From Acidimicrobiia bacterium (GTDB taxonomy: Bacteria > Actinomycetota > Acidimicrobiia > Acidimicrobiales > Bin134): a stretch of 64,000 nucleotides of DNA. The notes under the pieces are model-generated. The model was not told the origin of the DNA and did not search any database. It worked only from the letters and a program-made list of their open reading frames with translations. Numbering within the stretch: the first letter of the stretch is position 1; every line of letters starts with the position of its first letter. Location of the stretch: contig VYEX01000062.1 of assembly GCA_009842675.1 (NCBI GenBank), positions 102,295 to 166,294 on the forward strand. The letters run 5' to 3'. Both the position numbers and the translations under genes were made by a program. Of this stretch, positions 8,005 to 21,249 are shown one piece after another.

Positions 8005-11000
8005 CTACCCATGAGAGGCCGCCATGATGGCTGCTTGTGCGTCGGTGCCGGTCCGCTCGGCTTCGGCCAACGCCCCCAGCACCCGCTTGTAGTCCTTGGG
8101 CATCACCTTCACAAACCGGTCAGCCTCAGTGGCCCAGTTGGCCAATATCCGCTCAGCCACAGTGGAGCCGGTGTTCACCATGTGTTGGCTGATGCGATCT
8201 CGCAGCCACTCCCGGTCACTGTCGTCGAGTGTCTCCAGATCCACCATCTCCAAATTCACCTTGGGGGGGAACACGCCGTCGGGGTCGTGCACATAGGCGA
8301 CGCCGCCCGACATGCCAGCGCCAAAATTCCGGCCGGTGGGACCGAGCACCACTGCCCGGCCACCGGTCATGTACTCGCAGCCGTGGTCGCCAACTCCTTC
8401 CACCACCGCGACAGCCCCGGAATTGCGGACGCAGAACCGCTCCCCCACCAGCCCTCGTAAGAAGAGCTCGCCGCTAGTGGCGCCGTAGCCGATGACGTTG
8501 CCCGCGATCACGTTCTCCTCAGCCACGAACCGGGCCTGCGGATAGGTGGTGACAATGATTCGCCCACCCGACAGTCCCTTGCCCACATAGTCGTTGGCGT
8601 CGCCGGTCAGCTTCATGGTGATGCCCCGGGGCAGGAACGCCCCGAAGCTGTTGCCGGCCGAACCTGAGAAGTTGATGTGAATGGTGTCGTCGGGCAGACC
8701 CTCGGCGCCCCACTTGGACGTCACCTGATGGCCGAGCATGGTGCCTACCGTGCGGTTCACGTTGCCGATGGGGAACTCAATTTCTACCGGTAGGCCGTCT
8801 TCCAAGGCGGACTCGGCCATCAAAATGAGTTGCTGATCAAGGGCGCGGTCTAGTCCGTGATCCTGGGGTTGCGTGCAGTGCCGGTCGTCTCCAGGATCGA
8901 TGTCAGGGGCGTACAAGATGGGCGACAGATCAAGACCGGACGCCTTCCAGTGGTCCACTGCGTCGCTCACGTCCAGGCACTCCACGCGGCCGATGGCCTC
9001 GGCCAGGGTTCGGAAACCAAGCATGGCCAGCAGTTCGCGCACTTCTTCAGCGATGTACTCCATGAAGTTGATGACGAATTCAGGCTCGCCGGTGAACTTC
9101 TTGCGCAGCTCGGGATCTTGGGTGGCCACCCCCACCGGGCAGGTGTCCAAGTGGCAGACCCGCATCATCACGCACCCCATTACCACCAACGGCGCGGTGG
9201 CGAACCCGAACTCCTCGGCCCCCAACAGGGCGGCAATCATCACATCCCGGCCCGTCTTGAGCTGGCCGTCGGTCTGCACCACTATCCGATCCCTCAATCG
9301 GTTCAACAGCAGGGTCTGCTGGGTCTCGGCCAGACCCAGCTCCCAAGGGGTGCCGGCGTGCTTGATGGAGGTCAGCGGCGAAGCCCCGGTGCCGCCGTCA
9401 TGACCTGAAATGAGCACCACATCGGCGTGGGCTTTGGACACCCCGGCAGCCACCGTGCCCACGCCCAGCTCCGACACCAGCTTCACGTGGATGCGGGCTT
9501 CGGGGTTGGCGTTCTTCAGGTCGTGGATGAGCTGGGCCAGATCCTCGATGGAGTAGATGTCGTGGTGGGGCGGGGGGGAGATGAGCCCCACTCCGGGGGT
9601 GGAATAGCGAACCTCGGCGATCCACGGCCACACCTTGTGGCCGGGAAGCTGACCGCCCTCGCCCGGCTTGGCGCCTTGGGCCATCTTGATCTGGATGTCG
9701 TCGCTGTTGACCAGATACTCGCTCGTCACTCCGAACCGCCCCGATGCGGCTTGCTTGATGGCCGAGCGGCGCAGATCGCCGTTGGGATCAGGGATATAGC
9801 GGGCGGGATCCTCTCCTCCCTCGCCGGTGTTCGACTTGCCCCCGATGCGGTTCATGGCGATGGCCAGGGTCTCGTGGGCCTCAGCCGATATCGATCCGTA
9901 CGACATGGCTCCGGTGGAGAAGCGGGCGACGATGCTGGAGACCGGCTCCACCTCCTCGATGGGAATCGACTCTCGCAGTCCGGCGCGGAATCGGAACAGC
10001 CCCCGGAGAGTTGCCAAGCGCTCTGACTGGGCGTCGACCTTCTCGGTGTACTGCTTGAAGATGTCGTAGCGCTTCTCCCGGGTGGCGTGCTGGAGCTTGA
10101 ACACCGTTTCGGGATTGAACAGGTGATACTCCCCTTCGCGGCGCCACTGGTACTCCCCTCCCCCTTCCAGAGTTCGGTGGGCCCGCTCATCAGGGTTCTC
10201 CGGATAGGCGATGCGATGGCGAAGCCGTACTTCCTCGGCAAGCTGCGGGAAGCCGATACCGCCCAGACGGCTGACCGTGCCAGTGAAGCACTCCTGGATG
10301 ATGGGGTGCCCCAGGCCGATGGCCTCGAAGATCTGGGCCCCCACATATGACTTCACCGTGGAGATGCCCATCTTGGACATGACTTTCAGCACGCCTTTGT
10401 CGCAGGCCTTGATGTAGTTGCGATGGGCCTGCGCCTTGTCGTCTTCGGGTGAGAATCCGCACAGGTTCTCATCGATCATCTGGTCGATGGTCTCGAACGC
10501 CAAGTACGGATTGATGGCGGTGGCCCCGTAGGCCAACAGCAGGCAGATGTGATGCACCTCCCGGGCGTCCCCGGTCTCCACCACAAGTCCTACTCGGGTG
10601 CGGGTTTTTTCCCTGATGAGATGGTGGTGCACTGCCGCTGTGGCCAGCAATGAGGGGATCGGCGCCGAGCCGGGGGCGGCCCCCCGGTCCGACAGCACAA
10701 TGATGTTCTTGCCGGCCTCAATGGCTCGGCTGACCTGCTCCCGAATGCGCTGGATGGCGATGCGCAGTCCCGGCCCGCCGTCGTCCACCGCATAAAGACA
10801 CGGCACCACCTCAGCGGACCAATGGTCGTGGCCTCCGGGCCCGTCAACTTCCACCAGGTTGGCCAGCTGCTGGTCGGTGATCACCGGGTGGGGGGTGAAA
10901 ATCTGGCGACAAGAATCGGGCTGGGGATCAAGCAGATTGCCCTCGGGGCCGAGCCAGCCGCAGGTGGCGGTGATGATCTCCTCCCGAATGGCGTCCAAAG

Positions 11001-12615
11001 GCGGGTTGGTCACCTGGGCAAATAGCTGCTGGAAGTAGTCGTACAACAACCGCGACCGATTGGACAGAACGGCCACTGGGGTGTCGGTGCCCATCGACCC
11101 CAGGGCCTCCTTGCCGTCGTGGGCCATCGGGGCCAAGAGGACTTTGAGCTCCTCGTGGGTGTAGCCGAACATCTGCTGGCGGACCAGCAGCGGCGTCTCG
11201 TCCTGCTCGGGCAAGGGCCGGTCGACCAGATCGTCGAGGTCCACCTGATTGTCGGCCAGCCACTGCTCATAGGGATGCGCTGATGCCAGCCTTGCCTTGA
11301 TCTCGGTGTCCCGCACGATGCGACCCTCCGAGGTGTCGATCAAGAACATGCGTCCCGGCTGCAAGCGGCCCTTCTCCACGATTGCTGCCGGGTCCACGTC
11401 CATCACCCCGACCTCAGAGGCCATGATCACCAGGTCGTCGTCGGTCACCCAATAGCGGGAAGGGCGCAGACCGTTGCGGTCGAGTACTGCGCCGATCAGG
11501 GTGCCGTCGCTGAACACGATGTCAGCCGGACCGTCCCACGGCTCCATCAGAGAGGCGTAATAGCGGTAGAAGGCCCGCAGCTCCGGCGACATCGACTCAT
11601 GGTTCTCCCATGGTTCGGGGATCATCATGAGCACTGCCTGGGGCAGCGAGTAGCCGCCCATATACAGCAGCTCCAGCACCTGGTCGAAGCTCGCGGTGTC
11701 GCTCACCCCCTCGGCACACACTGGGAACAGCCGCTCCAGGTCGCCGGGTAGATGGGGTGAGCTCAGCAGCGCCTCCCGAGTCCGCATCCAGTTGCGGTTG
11801 CCCTGCACGGTGTTGATCTCGCCATTGTGGGAGATGAACCGGTAGGGGTGGGCCAGGGGCCAGGACGGGAAGGTGTTGGTGGAGAACCGGGAGTGGATCA
11901 TGGCCAAGGCGCTGGTCACCCGGGTGTCGCTCAAATCGGGATAGAACTCGCCAAGCTGAGGCGTGGTCAGCATGCCCTTGTACACGATGGTCCGGTTGGA
12001 CAGGCTGGCGAAGTACCCGTAGGTCAGCTTGCGGGTCTTGGAGCCCAGTGCGCCGACATCGGCCTGGTCATCGGTCTCATAAGCGACCTCGTTGCGGATC
12101 CGGGTGCGCACGATGTAGGCCCGCCGCAGCAGCGCGTCGACCTCAAGCCCGTCTCCCTTGTAGAAGGGCTGCCAGAACGAAGGCATGGTGGCCAGCGCGC
12201 CGGCTCCCAGCTCTTCGGGGCAAGTGGGAACTTCCCGCCATCCCAGAGGGGTCAGCCCTTCCTCCCGGGCAATGGCGTCCATGGCCTCCCGGGCATGGAC
12301 GGCTGCCTCGGGAGCGTCAGGCAGAAAGCCGATGCCGGTGGCATAGTGCCCCACCGGAGGCAGATCGAAGTCGCACACCTGGCGGTAGAACTCGTCGGGC
12401 ACCTGGATCAATAGCCCTGCCCCATCGCCGGTATTCACCTCGGCGCCTAGGGCTCCCCGGTGCTGAAGGTTGCACAGCGCCCCATAGCCCACCGACACGA
12501 TCTCGTGGCGCGGCCTGCCCTTCAGATCCACCAAGAACCCGACCCCGCAGCTGTCGTGCTCATTGCGGGGGTCGTAGAGGCCCTGGGGATGTGGCAGCTG
12601 CGGCCAGTTCCTCAT
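8005..12615 (-). CDS. gltB: glutamate synthase large subunit
   Basis: 1536 aa. N-terminal amidotransferase [11 protein letters not shown] is followed by the FMN/3Fe-4S central domain and the C-terminal GXGXG domain. Confidence 0.97.
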   Translation of the reverse strand: MRNWPQLPHPQGLYDPRNEHDSCGVGFLVDLKGRPRHEIVSVGYGALCNLQHRGALGAEVNTGDGAGLLIQVPDEFYRQVCDFDLPPVGHYATGIGFLPDAPEAAVHAREAMDAIAREEGLTPLGWREVPTCPEELGAGALATMPSFWQPFYKGDGLEVDALLRRAYIVRTRIRNEVAYETDDQADVGALGSKTRKLTYGYFASLSNRTIVYKGMLTTPQLGEFYPDLSDTRVTSALAMIHSRFSTNTFPSWPLAHPYRFISHNGEINTVQGNRNWMRTREALLSSPHLPGDLERLFPVCAEGVSDTASFDQVLELLYMGGYSLPQAVLMMIPEPWENHESMSPELRAFYRYYASLMEPWDGPADIVFSDGTLIGAVLDRNGLRPSRYWVTDDDLVIMASEVGVMDVDPAAIVEKGRLQPGRMFLIDTSEGRIVRDTEIKARLASAHPYEQWLADNQVDLDDLVDRPLPEQDETPLLVRQQMFGYTHEELKVLLAPMAHDGKEALGSMGTDTPVAVLSNRSRLLYDYFQQLFAQVTNPPLDAIREEIITATCGWLGPEGNLLDPQPDSCRQIFTPHPVITDQQLANLVEVDGPGGHDHWSAEVVPCLYAVDDGGPGLRIAIQRIREQVSRAIEAGKNIIVLSDRGAAPGSAPIPSLLATAAVHHHLIREKTRTRVGLVVETGDAREVHHICLLLAYGATAINPYLAFETIDQMIDENLCGFSPEDDKAQAHRNYIKACDKGVLKVMSKMGISTVKSYVGAQIFEAIGLGHPIIQECFTGTVSRLGGIGFPQLAEEVRLRHRIAYPENPDERAHRTLEGGGEYQWRREGEYHLFNPETVFKLQHATREKRYDIFKQYTEKVDAQSERLATLRGLFRFRAGLRESIPIEEVEPVSSIVARFSTGAMSYGSISAEAHETLAIAMNRIGGKSNTGEGGEDPARYIPDPNGDLRRSAIKQAASGRFGVTSEYLVNSDDIQIKMAQGAKPGEGGQLPGHKVWPWIAEVRYSTPGVGLISPPPHHDIYSIEDLAQLIHDLKNANPEARIHVKLVSELGVGTVAAGVSKAHADVVLISGHDGGTGASPLTSIKHAGTPWELGLAETQQTLLLNRLRDRIVVQTDGQLKTGRDVMIAALLGAEEFGFATAPLVVMGCVMMRVCHLDTCPVGVATQDPELRKKFTGEPEFVINFMEYIAEEVRELLAMLGFRTLAEAIGRVECLDVSDAVDHWKASGLDLSPILYAPDIDPGDDRHCTQPQDHGLDRALDQQLILMAESALEDGLPVEIEFPIGNVNRTVGTMLGHQVTSKWGAEGLPDDTIHINFSGSAGNSFGAFLPRGITMKLTGDANDYVGKGLSGGRIIVTTYPQARFVAEENVIAGNVIGYGATSGELFLRGLVGERFCVRNSGAVAVVEGVGDHGCEYMTGGRAVVLGPTGRNFGAGMSGGVAYVHDPDGVFPPKVNLEMVDLETLDDSDREWLRDRISQHMVNTGSTVAERILANWATEADRFVKVMPKDYKRVLGALAEAERTGTDAQAAIMAASHG

Positions 12616-12751
12616 TGCGTCCTTTCCAGCGGGTTTGGGGTGCGCGCCGAGACAGCGTTGGCCAGCGGCAGGGGGGCAATTTTACCGCCGCAGCTCGGTC
12701 CCCTACCAAGTCTGTTCTGCTCGGGAGACTCCCAAGAGGCATGATTACAGG

Positions 12752-14044
12752 GTGGAATTGCCTGTTGAAGATGGGGCTGTAGAGGCTGAAGTAACCGATA
12801 ACCGCGGCATCCAAGGCCTGCTCGACTTCATCGACGCTTGTCCGACTCCCTTCCATGTGGTCGAACGGGCAGCCGCCGGTCTGCGGGCTTCCGGGTTTAC
12901 CGAGATGGACGAAGCCGACCAGTGGCCCGATGCCCAGGGCAGCCGCTTCGTGTGCCGGGGCGGCAGCCTGGTGGCGTGGCGGCACCAGACCTGCGATGCG
13001 GGCTTCCGGATCATCGGCGCCCACACCGACAGCCCCAACCTGCGGGTCGCCGCCCAACCCGACACCGGGCAGGCTGGTTACCGGCAGCTCGGGGTGGAGG
13101 TGTACGGGGGCGCGCTGATCAACAGTTGGCTGGACCGCGACCTCGGCGTGGCTGGCCGGTTGGCCACCCCGGCGGGCACCCGGCTCTTCCGCATCGATCA
13201 ACCCGTGCTCCGGGTGCCCCAACTAGCCATCCACCTTGACCGGGAGGTCAACAAGGAGGGCCTCCTGCTCAACCCCCAATCCCACATCGTCCCCGTTTGG
13301 GGTCTGGGGCCGAGCACTCCCGGGGAATTCGCCTCGGTGGCGGCCGCGGCCGCCGGTGTTGATGTCGATCAGGTCTTGGCCTGGGATGCCATGCTCCACG
13401 ACCTGACCCCATCCACAATCGCCGGCATCGACGGCGACTTCATCCACGCCTCCCGCATAGACAACCAGGTGTCATGCTGGGCTGGGCTTCAGGCCCTTAT
13501 CGACGCCCCCGCCGACTCACCGCCTAGCGCCGTGCTGTGCCTGTTCGACCACGAGGAGGTGGGCAGCACCTCGGCTCAAGGGGCTGCGTCTACGCTGCTG
13601 CCCACCGTGTTGGAGCGGATTGCCGGGAGCCGAAGCGCACTGCATCCCGCGCTGGCCCGCTCACTGTGCGTGTCGGCCGACGGGGCCCACGCCACCCACC
13701 CCAACTATCCCGAGCGCCACGAGCCCAACCATCACATTGCTATAGGCGACGGTCCGGTGATCAAGCGCAATGCCAACCAGCGCTACGCCACCGACGCGGT
13801 GGGCGAGGCCGCGTTCGCCGCGGCTTGCGAGAAGTCTGGGGTGGGCCATCAGGTGTACGTCCACCGCGGCGATATGCCCTGCGGGAGCACAATCGGGCCG
13901 TTCGCGGCGTCGTCCACCGGGGTGACCACTGTGGATGCCGGTGTGGCCCAGCTCTCCATGCACTCTGCCCGCGAGATGTGCGGCGCCCAGGATCCCCTTG
14001 ATTTCGCGTTGGCCCTCAGCGCGTTTCTCAGCGCCGCAAATTGA
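12752..14044 (+). CDS. M18 family aminopeptidase (aspartyl aminopeptidase-like)
   Basis: LLDFIDACPTPFHVV...GAHTDSPNLRV...FDHEEVGS...HPNYPERHE match M18. I trimmed the start from the ORF-track 12635 to the in-frame GTG at 12752; this start is approximate. Confidence 0.8.
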   Translation: MELPVEDGAVEAEVTDNRGIQGLLDFIDACPTPFHVVERAAAGLRASGFTEMDEADQWPDAQGSRFVCRGGSLVAWRHQTCDAGFRIIGAHTDSPNLRVAAQPDTGQAGYRQLGVEVYGGALINSWLDRDLGVAGRLATPAGTRLFRIDQPVLRVPQLAIHLDREVNKEGLLLNPQSHIVPVWGLGPSTPGEFASVAAAAAGVDVDQVLAWDAMLHDLTPSTIAGIDGDFIHASRIDNQVSCWAGLQALIDAPADSPPSAVLCLFDHEEVGSTSAQGAASTLLPTVLERIAGSRSALHPALARSLCVSADGAHATHPNYPERHEPNHHIAIGDGPVIKRNANQRYATDAVGEAAFAAACEKSGVGHQVYVHRGDMPCGSTIGPFAASSTGVTTVDAGVAQLSMHSAREMCGAQDPLDFALALSAFLSAAN

Positions 14045-15617
14045 CTCGAGCCAGCCGACGGCTCCGCTCGTAGGCCGACACCGCCACCAAGAAGATGGCA
14101 AAGAACTCCAGGCGACCGATGAGCATAAGCGCCATCAGCACTCCTCGGGCTGGACGACTGAACACCAAGTAATTGGAGGTGGGCCCGGCGTCACCCAGCG
14201 CCGGACCCATGTTGCTCAACGCACTGATGGCTCCAGAAGAGGAAGTGATCAGGTCTTCACCCAGCGCGGCCAGCACAAAGGTGGCCACCAGCGCCGACAG
14301 CGCGTAGAGGGCCACCAACCCCGCTACCCGCTGGAGCACCGGTTCGGACACTGCCATTTGACCCAGCTTCACCCGGGCTACCACCTGAGGGTGCTTGACC
14401 CGCAATAGCCCCACCCGCATGTACTTCGCCATCACCTGAGCTCTCAGTACTTTCAGCCCGCCGGCAGTGCTCCCCGTCATGCCCCCCATGACCATCAGCG
14501 GCAACAGCAGGGCCTGCGCTCCCGGAGTCCAAGCGGCGAAATCGCCCCCCGGATTGACATCGGAGGCGTTGGCGAATCCACCGCTGGTGCTCAGGGTGAC
14601 GGCACCAAAGAATCCGTTGCGAATGCTGTTGGGCAGATCGGACAGGTCGTCTGCCCAATTCAGCAGTGACATAATCACCGCCGCCGCTACGACCGCTACG
14701 AAATAGGTGCGGAACTCTGACGACCGTCCATAGGCCCGGGGATTGCCCGATACGGCCCGCCAGTGGAGGGTGAAGCTCACCCCGCCAATAAGCATTCCGG
14801 CCATCATCACGGCTTCTACCGCCGTGCTGTCGAAGTGTCCGATGGAGTGGTCGTACGGCGAGAAGCCGCCGGTGCCGGCGGTGGTGAAGGCGTGGGCCAC
14901 AGCGTCATACAGACTGAGACCGGCAATCATCAAGCCTGCCGCAATAGCCACAGTGATGCCGCCATAGAGCGCCCACAACCGTCGGGCGGTGGAGCTCACC
15001 CGGGGAGCCAGTCGGTCGGAGGTGGGACCAGGGGCCTCCACAGTGATGAGGCTCAGCCCGCCGACGCCGAGGAACGGCAGAATGGTCACCGCCAGCACCA
15101 CCATGCCCATGCCCCCGTACCACTGCATGATCTGGCGCCACATGAGAACGCCCCGCCCCGTCCCCTCGATCGGGCTGAGCACAGTGGAGCCGGTGGCGGT
15201 CATGCCGGACACCGCCTCGAACAGCGCGTTGTCGAAGCTGCCCAAAGCGCCGGAGAACCACAGCGGCAATGCCCCGAAAAACGAGCAGCAGATCCACGTC
15301 CACGCCACTGCGGCGAACACCGACGCGGGCGGCAAGTCCTCATCAAGCCGGGTGAACGTCACCAGCAGCACTCCCGCGGCCAGCACGATCAGCGCCCCCA
15401 GGCCCAGGGCCACCTCGTGGTCTGATGTCGACGCCCCCCACTCGATCAGGGTGGCGAGCAGCATCCCCGGCACCAAGAACAGCAGTCCGAGGCCCACTAC
15501 GAACCCCACTCTGCTGGTCACATTCCAGGGCCGATCCACCACCAGTTGGTGGACCGCCCCCTTTGCAAGCGCCCTCGCCTGCCGGGCCGCCGACACCACC
15601 GCGGTCATGGCCCCCAC
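14028..15617 (-). CDS. trkH: TrkH-family potassium uptake permease
   Basis: 529 aa polytopic membrane protein with repeated M1-P-M2 units (SGMTATGSTV, TTAGTGGFS, LSTSGGF, GGMTGSTAGGLK). Confidence 0.85.
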   Translation of the reverse strand: MGAMTAVVSAARQARALAKGAVHQLVVDRPWNVTSRVGFVVGLGLLFLVPGMLLATLIEWGASTSDHEVALGLGALIVLAAGVLLVTFTRLDEDLPPASVFAAVAWTWICCSFFGALPLWFSGALGSFDNALFEAVSGMTATGSTVLSPIEGTGRGVLMWRQIMQWYGGMGMVVLAVTILPFLGVGGLSLITVEAPGPTSDRLAPRVSSTARRLWALYGGITVAIAAGLMIAGLSLYDAVAHAFTTAGTGGFSPYDHSIGHFDSTAVEAVMMAGMLIGGVSFTLHWRAVSGNPRAYGRSSEFRTYFVAVVAAAVIMSLLNWADDLSDLPNSIRNGFFGAVTLSTSGGFANASDVNPGGDFAAWTPGAQALLLPLMVMGGMTGSTAGGLKVLRAQVMAKYMRVGLLRVKHPQVVARVKLGQMAVSEPVLQRVAGLVALYALSALVATFVLAALGEDLITSSSGAISALSNMGPALGDAGPTSNYLVFSRPARGVLMALMLIGRLEFFAIFLVAVSAYERSRRLARVNLRR

Positions 15618-15618
15618 C

Positions 15619-16923
15619 TCATAAGCGCAGCCTCAATCGCTGGATCTCGCCTATGCCCCAGCCGATCACCACTACCACCGGGTAGATCGAAAGCCGGCCC
15701 AAAAACATCAAGGCGATCAACACCCCCCGGGCTGGGGCCGCCAGCACAGTGGCGTCGGCGAAGCCCGAGAGATCACCCAGTCCAGGTCCGGCGGTAGCCA
15801 AGGCAGAGATCGAGCCTGACACCGCGGTAGGCATATCTCCCCCTAGCGAAGCGATGCCGAACACTCCGAAGGCGATGGCCAGCACCCACAGGATCTGGAA
15901 GTTGTGGACACGGGTGAGCGATGCCTCCGAAGCCACCGCCCCCGATACCCTCACCGGGACCACCGCTCGGGGATGGAGCTGCATCACCAGTTCCCGCCGT
16001 ACGATGCCAAAGATCTCGATTGCCCGGAGCAGCCGGAATCCTCCCCCGGCCGAGCCCGCCATTGAGCCCATCCCAATGAGGACCAGCAGCAAGATCTGGG
16101 GGGCGGCCACCCAATGGCCCCAATCAGCGGCTCGGAAGCCGGTTGTGCTGATCGACGAGGTAACAGCAAAAAACGACCCTCGAATGGTGTCCGCACCCCC
16201 GCCGGTATCGGTCCACGTCCAAGCCGCCACTAGCACCGTCGCCCCGAGGATCAGGCAGGCGTAGAACTTCAGCTCCGTCGATCGCCACAGAGCCTGGACC
16301 TGCCCCCGCACCATCCATAGCAACGCGGCCACCGACACGCCGGCTAGGGCCATGGCTCCGGCGCCCACCCACTCGATTGCCGCCGAATCGAAGTGGGCGA
16401 ATGAGTCGCGGTAGTTGGCGAATCCACCGGTGGAGGCCGTGGTGAGACTGAATGTGGCGGCATCGAAGGCTCCCATGCCGGCTGCGGCATAGGCCGCAAA
16501 CACCAGCACCGTGAAGCCCACATACGCTGAGACCACTCGTTGGGTGTTGTGCGACCATGTCCTCGCCAGCACCGCCTTTCGGCCCCGGCCCTCGGCCACC
16601 TCGCTCAACCGACGCTGTCCCCCGAAGGCGGGCACCACAACCAGGGCGAACGCCAAGCCGCCCAACCCTCCCAACCACTGGGTCAAAGCCCGCCAAGCGA
16701 GCAGCCAGGCAGGCAGCGCCTCGGGGTCCACCACAGTGAGCGAGGTGGTGGTGAACCCGGCCATCGACTCGAAGATGGCGTCGTCTAACCGGGATATCTC
16801 TCCCGAGGCCAGGTACACCACCGTGGATATCACTACTAATGAAGCTGCCCCGGCCACCACGGTGGTCAGCACTCTGACCGCGGAGCGGTGCCAGGGAAAG
16901 CGAACCCGAGATGGGTCGCTCAT
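15619..16923 (-). CDS. trkH: TrkH-family potassium uptake permease (second paralogue)
   Basis: 434 aa with MAGFTTTSLT, TASTGGFA, SSISTTGF and GSMAGSAGGGFR selectivity-filter-like repeats. Lies 1 nt upstream of the other trkH. Confidence 0.85.
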   Translation of the reverse strand: MSDPSRVRFPWHRSAVRVLTTVVAGAASLVVISTVVYLASGEISRLDDAIFESMAGFTTTSLTVVDPEALPAWLLAWRALTQWLGGLGGLAFALVVVPAFGGQRRLSEVAEGRGRKAVLARTWSHNTQRVVSAYVGFTVLVFAAYAAAGMGAFDAATFSLTTASTGGFANYRDSFAHFDSAAIEWVGAGAMALAGVSVAALLWMVRGQVQALWRSTELKFYACLILGATVLVAAWTWTDTGGGADTIRGSFFAVTSSISTTGFRAADWGHWVAAPQILLLVLIGMGSMAGSAGGGFRLLRAIEIFGIVRRELVMQLHPRAVVPVRVSGAVASEASLTRVHNFQILWVLAIAFGVFGIASLGGDMPTAVSGSISALATAGPGLGDLSGFADATVLAAPARGVLIALMFLGRLSIYPVVVVIGWGIGEIQRLRLRL

Positions 16924-16930
16924 CGACGGC

Positions 16931-17034
16931 TCACTCGAAAAAGCGCTTCACTTCGTCCACCGTGTCCGGCCGGGCTGTCGCCACTGTGCTCACCCGAAGA
17001 AGCGCTTCACTTCGTCAATGGTGTCGGGACGGGC
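16931..17034 (-). repeat. diverged tandem duplication of the trkA 3' terminus
   Basis: Segments 16990-17034 (the true trkA end, ...ARPDTIDEVKRFFG*) and 16931-16975 (would encode ARPDTVDEVKRFFE*) match at 38 of 45 nt. The period is 59 nt. The relic copy sits between trkA and trkH. Confidence 0.8.
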
Positions 17035-18333
17035 AAAGACCACAATGTGATCTCTCTTGCGAAGCTGGCTGCGGCCCCGGCCGATCTGCGGCTTTCCGTC
17101 GCGCACGTAGGCGCCTATGAGTACATCTTTGGGTAGGCCCAACTTGTTCACCACTGCACCATCGGCCGCCGACCCCGACTTGATCTCGGCCTCAATGATC
17201 TCGAAATCGCCCGACAGGTAGGTAGCCACCTGGGCCACCTCACCACGCACATAGCGGAGCACGCCGTTGGCGCTGGCCGTGCGGGGCGACAACGCCACAT
17301 CGATTCCCACATCACGCAGCAGCGTGCGCAGTGCCAGGTTGTGGAGCACGGCGATGGTTTCGTCCGCTCCCATCGACTTGGCGTACAGGCAGGCCAAAAT
17401 GTTGGCATCGTCCTTGCCGGTGAGAGCGATCACCGCGTCGAACTTGCCAATGTCTTCGGATTCCAACAACTCGGCGTCGGTGATGTCGCCGTGGATCACC
17501 AGCACTGCGTCAAGCTCCTCGCTCAACTGTTGGGCCCGCTCCAGATTCCGCTCTATGAGCACCACCTCGGCGTGGCGCTCGCTCAGCCGACGGGCCACGA
17601 TCTCGGCTGTCCGGCCCCCGCCCAGCAGCATCACCCGGCGGTGGGTGCCCGGCGCTAGACCCAGTAGCGGAAGCAGCGTGTCCCTGGCCCGCCGCTTGCA
17701 CACCACCCGCAGGAGGTCGCCGGGCTCCAAGGTGGTATCGGCTCGGGGAATTCGGGTTTCGCCCGCACGGGTGATCACCGCCACCAAGAAGTCCCAATCG
17801 GGCTCGTACTCCTCAGCGATGTCGGCCAGACGCCGGTTGGCCCAAGGAGCGTCGGGGGTGAGCTTGGCCCCCACTACGAACACCTCGCCCTCGGCCATCA
17901 CTGTCACATCGGTAGCCCCTGGATACGACAAAAGGTCCATGATCTCGTGGGCGGTCTCTTCGTCGGGGTCGATGATGGTGTCAGCCTTCATCGCCTCTCT
18001 CAGCTCACGGGCGTCCTTCTCCCACAGGTTGCGCGACTGGATGCGGGCGATGGTGCGCCCCACTCCGTGCTGCTTGGCCAACAGGCAGGCCACCAGATTC
18101 ACCTCGTCGCTGGCGGTGACCGCCACCAATAGGTCGGCCTTGCGGATTCCCGCCTCTCGCAGAATGTGGGGGTGGGAGCCGCTTCCCTCAACCGCCAGCA
18201 CATCGAGGTCCTCGGCCAAATCGTGCAGCTTCTTGGCGTCGACCTCCACCACTGCCACCGTGTTGCCCTCCTCGCTCAGAATCTGAGCGACATGTGATCC
18301 CACCTCGCCAGCACCAACAACCACGATGCGCAC
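16990..18333 (-). CDS. trkA: Trk system potassium uptake protein TrkA (two RCK/NAD-binding modules)
   Basis: Contains VRIVVVGAGEVG... and a second LLGGGRTAE Rossmann module. The ORF track starts at 18372. I prefer GTG 18333, which is preceded by AAGGA and gives the usual N-terminus directly at the GxGxxG strand. Confidence 0.88.
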   Translation of the reverse strand: MRIVVVGAGEVGSHVAQILSEEGNTVAVVEVDAKKLHDLAEDLDVLAVEGSGSHPHILREAGIRKADLLVAVTASDEVNLVACLLAKQHGVGRTIARIQSRNLWEKDARELREAMKADTIIDPDEETAHEIMDLLSYPGATDVTVMAEGEVFVVGAKLTPDAPWANRRLADIAEEYEPDWDFLVAVITRAGETRIPRADTTLEPGDLLRVVCKRRARDTLLPLLGLAPGTHRRVMLLGGGRTAEIVARRLSERHAEVVLIERNLERAQQLSEELDAVLVIHGDITDAELLESEDIGKFDAVIALTGKDDANILACLYAKSMGADETIAVLHNLALRTLLRDVGIDVALSPRTASANGVLRYVRGEVAQVATYLSGDFEIIEAEIKSGSAADGAVVNKLGLPKDVLIGAYVRDGKPQIGRGRSQLRKRDHIVVFARPDTIDEVKRFFG

Positions 18334-18399
18334 TGCTACATCCTTACTGAAATTCAGGGAGGGTGCGAGCACTCCCCGAGGTTGTGGCTTCGGCGCCTA

Positions 18400-19005
18400 T
18401 CACGCCCGGCTCCGGCGCGATAGAGCCGAGCTGAACACCCGTACCCGCTCTTCGGTCACCACCGCATCCATAGTCACGTCGCCGGGATGCGACGGCACTC
18501 CGTCAACTAGCTGGCACTCGTAGGCCAACCCCACCACCAGGGGTTTGGCCGGTCGGGGTCCGTTCAGCAAAAAGGATAGCGCCCGGTCGTAGTAACCCTG
18601 GCCCCGCCCCGCCCGATGGCCCGCGGCATCGAAAACCACCACCGGGGCGAACACCACGTCAAGCTCCCGAGCCGACACCAATAGTTCTGCATCAACGTCG
18701 GGCTCAAGAATCCCAAAGCGGTTGGACACGAAAGGAGTGTCGGGACTGGCGGGGGCGAACTGGATGGGAGCGGGATCTCGCATCACCGGGAAGAACACCT
18801 CGATGCCCCGCAGGCGACAGGCGGTCACCAACGGGGAAGTATCGAGCTCTCCGTCGTCAACCACTGTGGCCGATACCCGCTTCGTACCATCGAGCCACCC
18901 GAGTGAGGTAACCGCATTGGAAACCGCCCGCGCCGCCCTCAGAGGATCTGGGTGTAAGCGACGGGCCTCCCGGGCTTCGGTCCGCATCCGGCTGAGGCTG
19001 ACCAC
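18400..19005 (-). CDS. 5-formyltetrahydrofolate cyclo-ligase
   Basis: 201 aa. The C-terminal half (LDVVFAPVVVFDAAGHRAGRGQGYYDR...VGLAYECQ) is the MTHFS signature. Confidence 0.75.
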   Translation of the reverse strand: MVSLSRMRTEAREARRLHPDPLRAARAVSNAVTSLGWLDGTKRVSATVVDDGELDTSPLVTACRLRGIEVFFPVMRDPAPIQFAPASPDTPFVSNRFGILEPDVDAELLVSARELDVVFAPVVVFDAAGHRAGRGQGYYDRALSFLLNGPRPAKPLVVGLAYECQLVDGVPSHPGDVTMDAVVTEERVRVFSSALSRRSRA

Positions 19006-19115
19006 AGTTCAAGATTATCGCTAATGATCCGAAATTGGTTATCCCAAATGGCAACCTTGGCAGGTCTTATTGTCGCTGGCTAACTTCGCCTAGTTCTCTC
19101 AAACAGGGGGTCAAT

Positions 19116-21212
<2,097 letters not shown>

Positions 21213-21249
21213 TCCCCCGGCTGGCTGAGTGCCGTGGCAACATAAGCCG

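Noticed and set aside
14028-16923. Two adjacent trkH genes as a duplication with one decaying copy.
   Set aside because: Both are full-length, uninterrupted and retain the four pore-loop glycine motifs. They are only distantly similar to each other, so both are probably functional.
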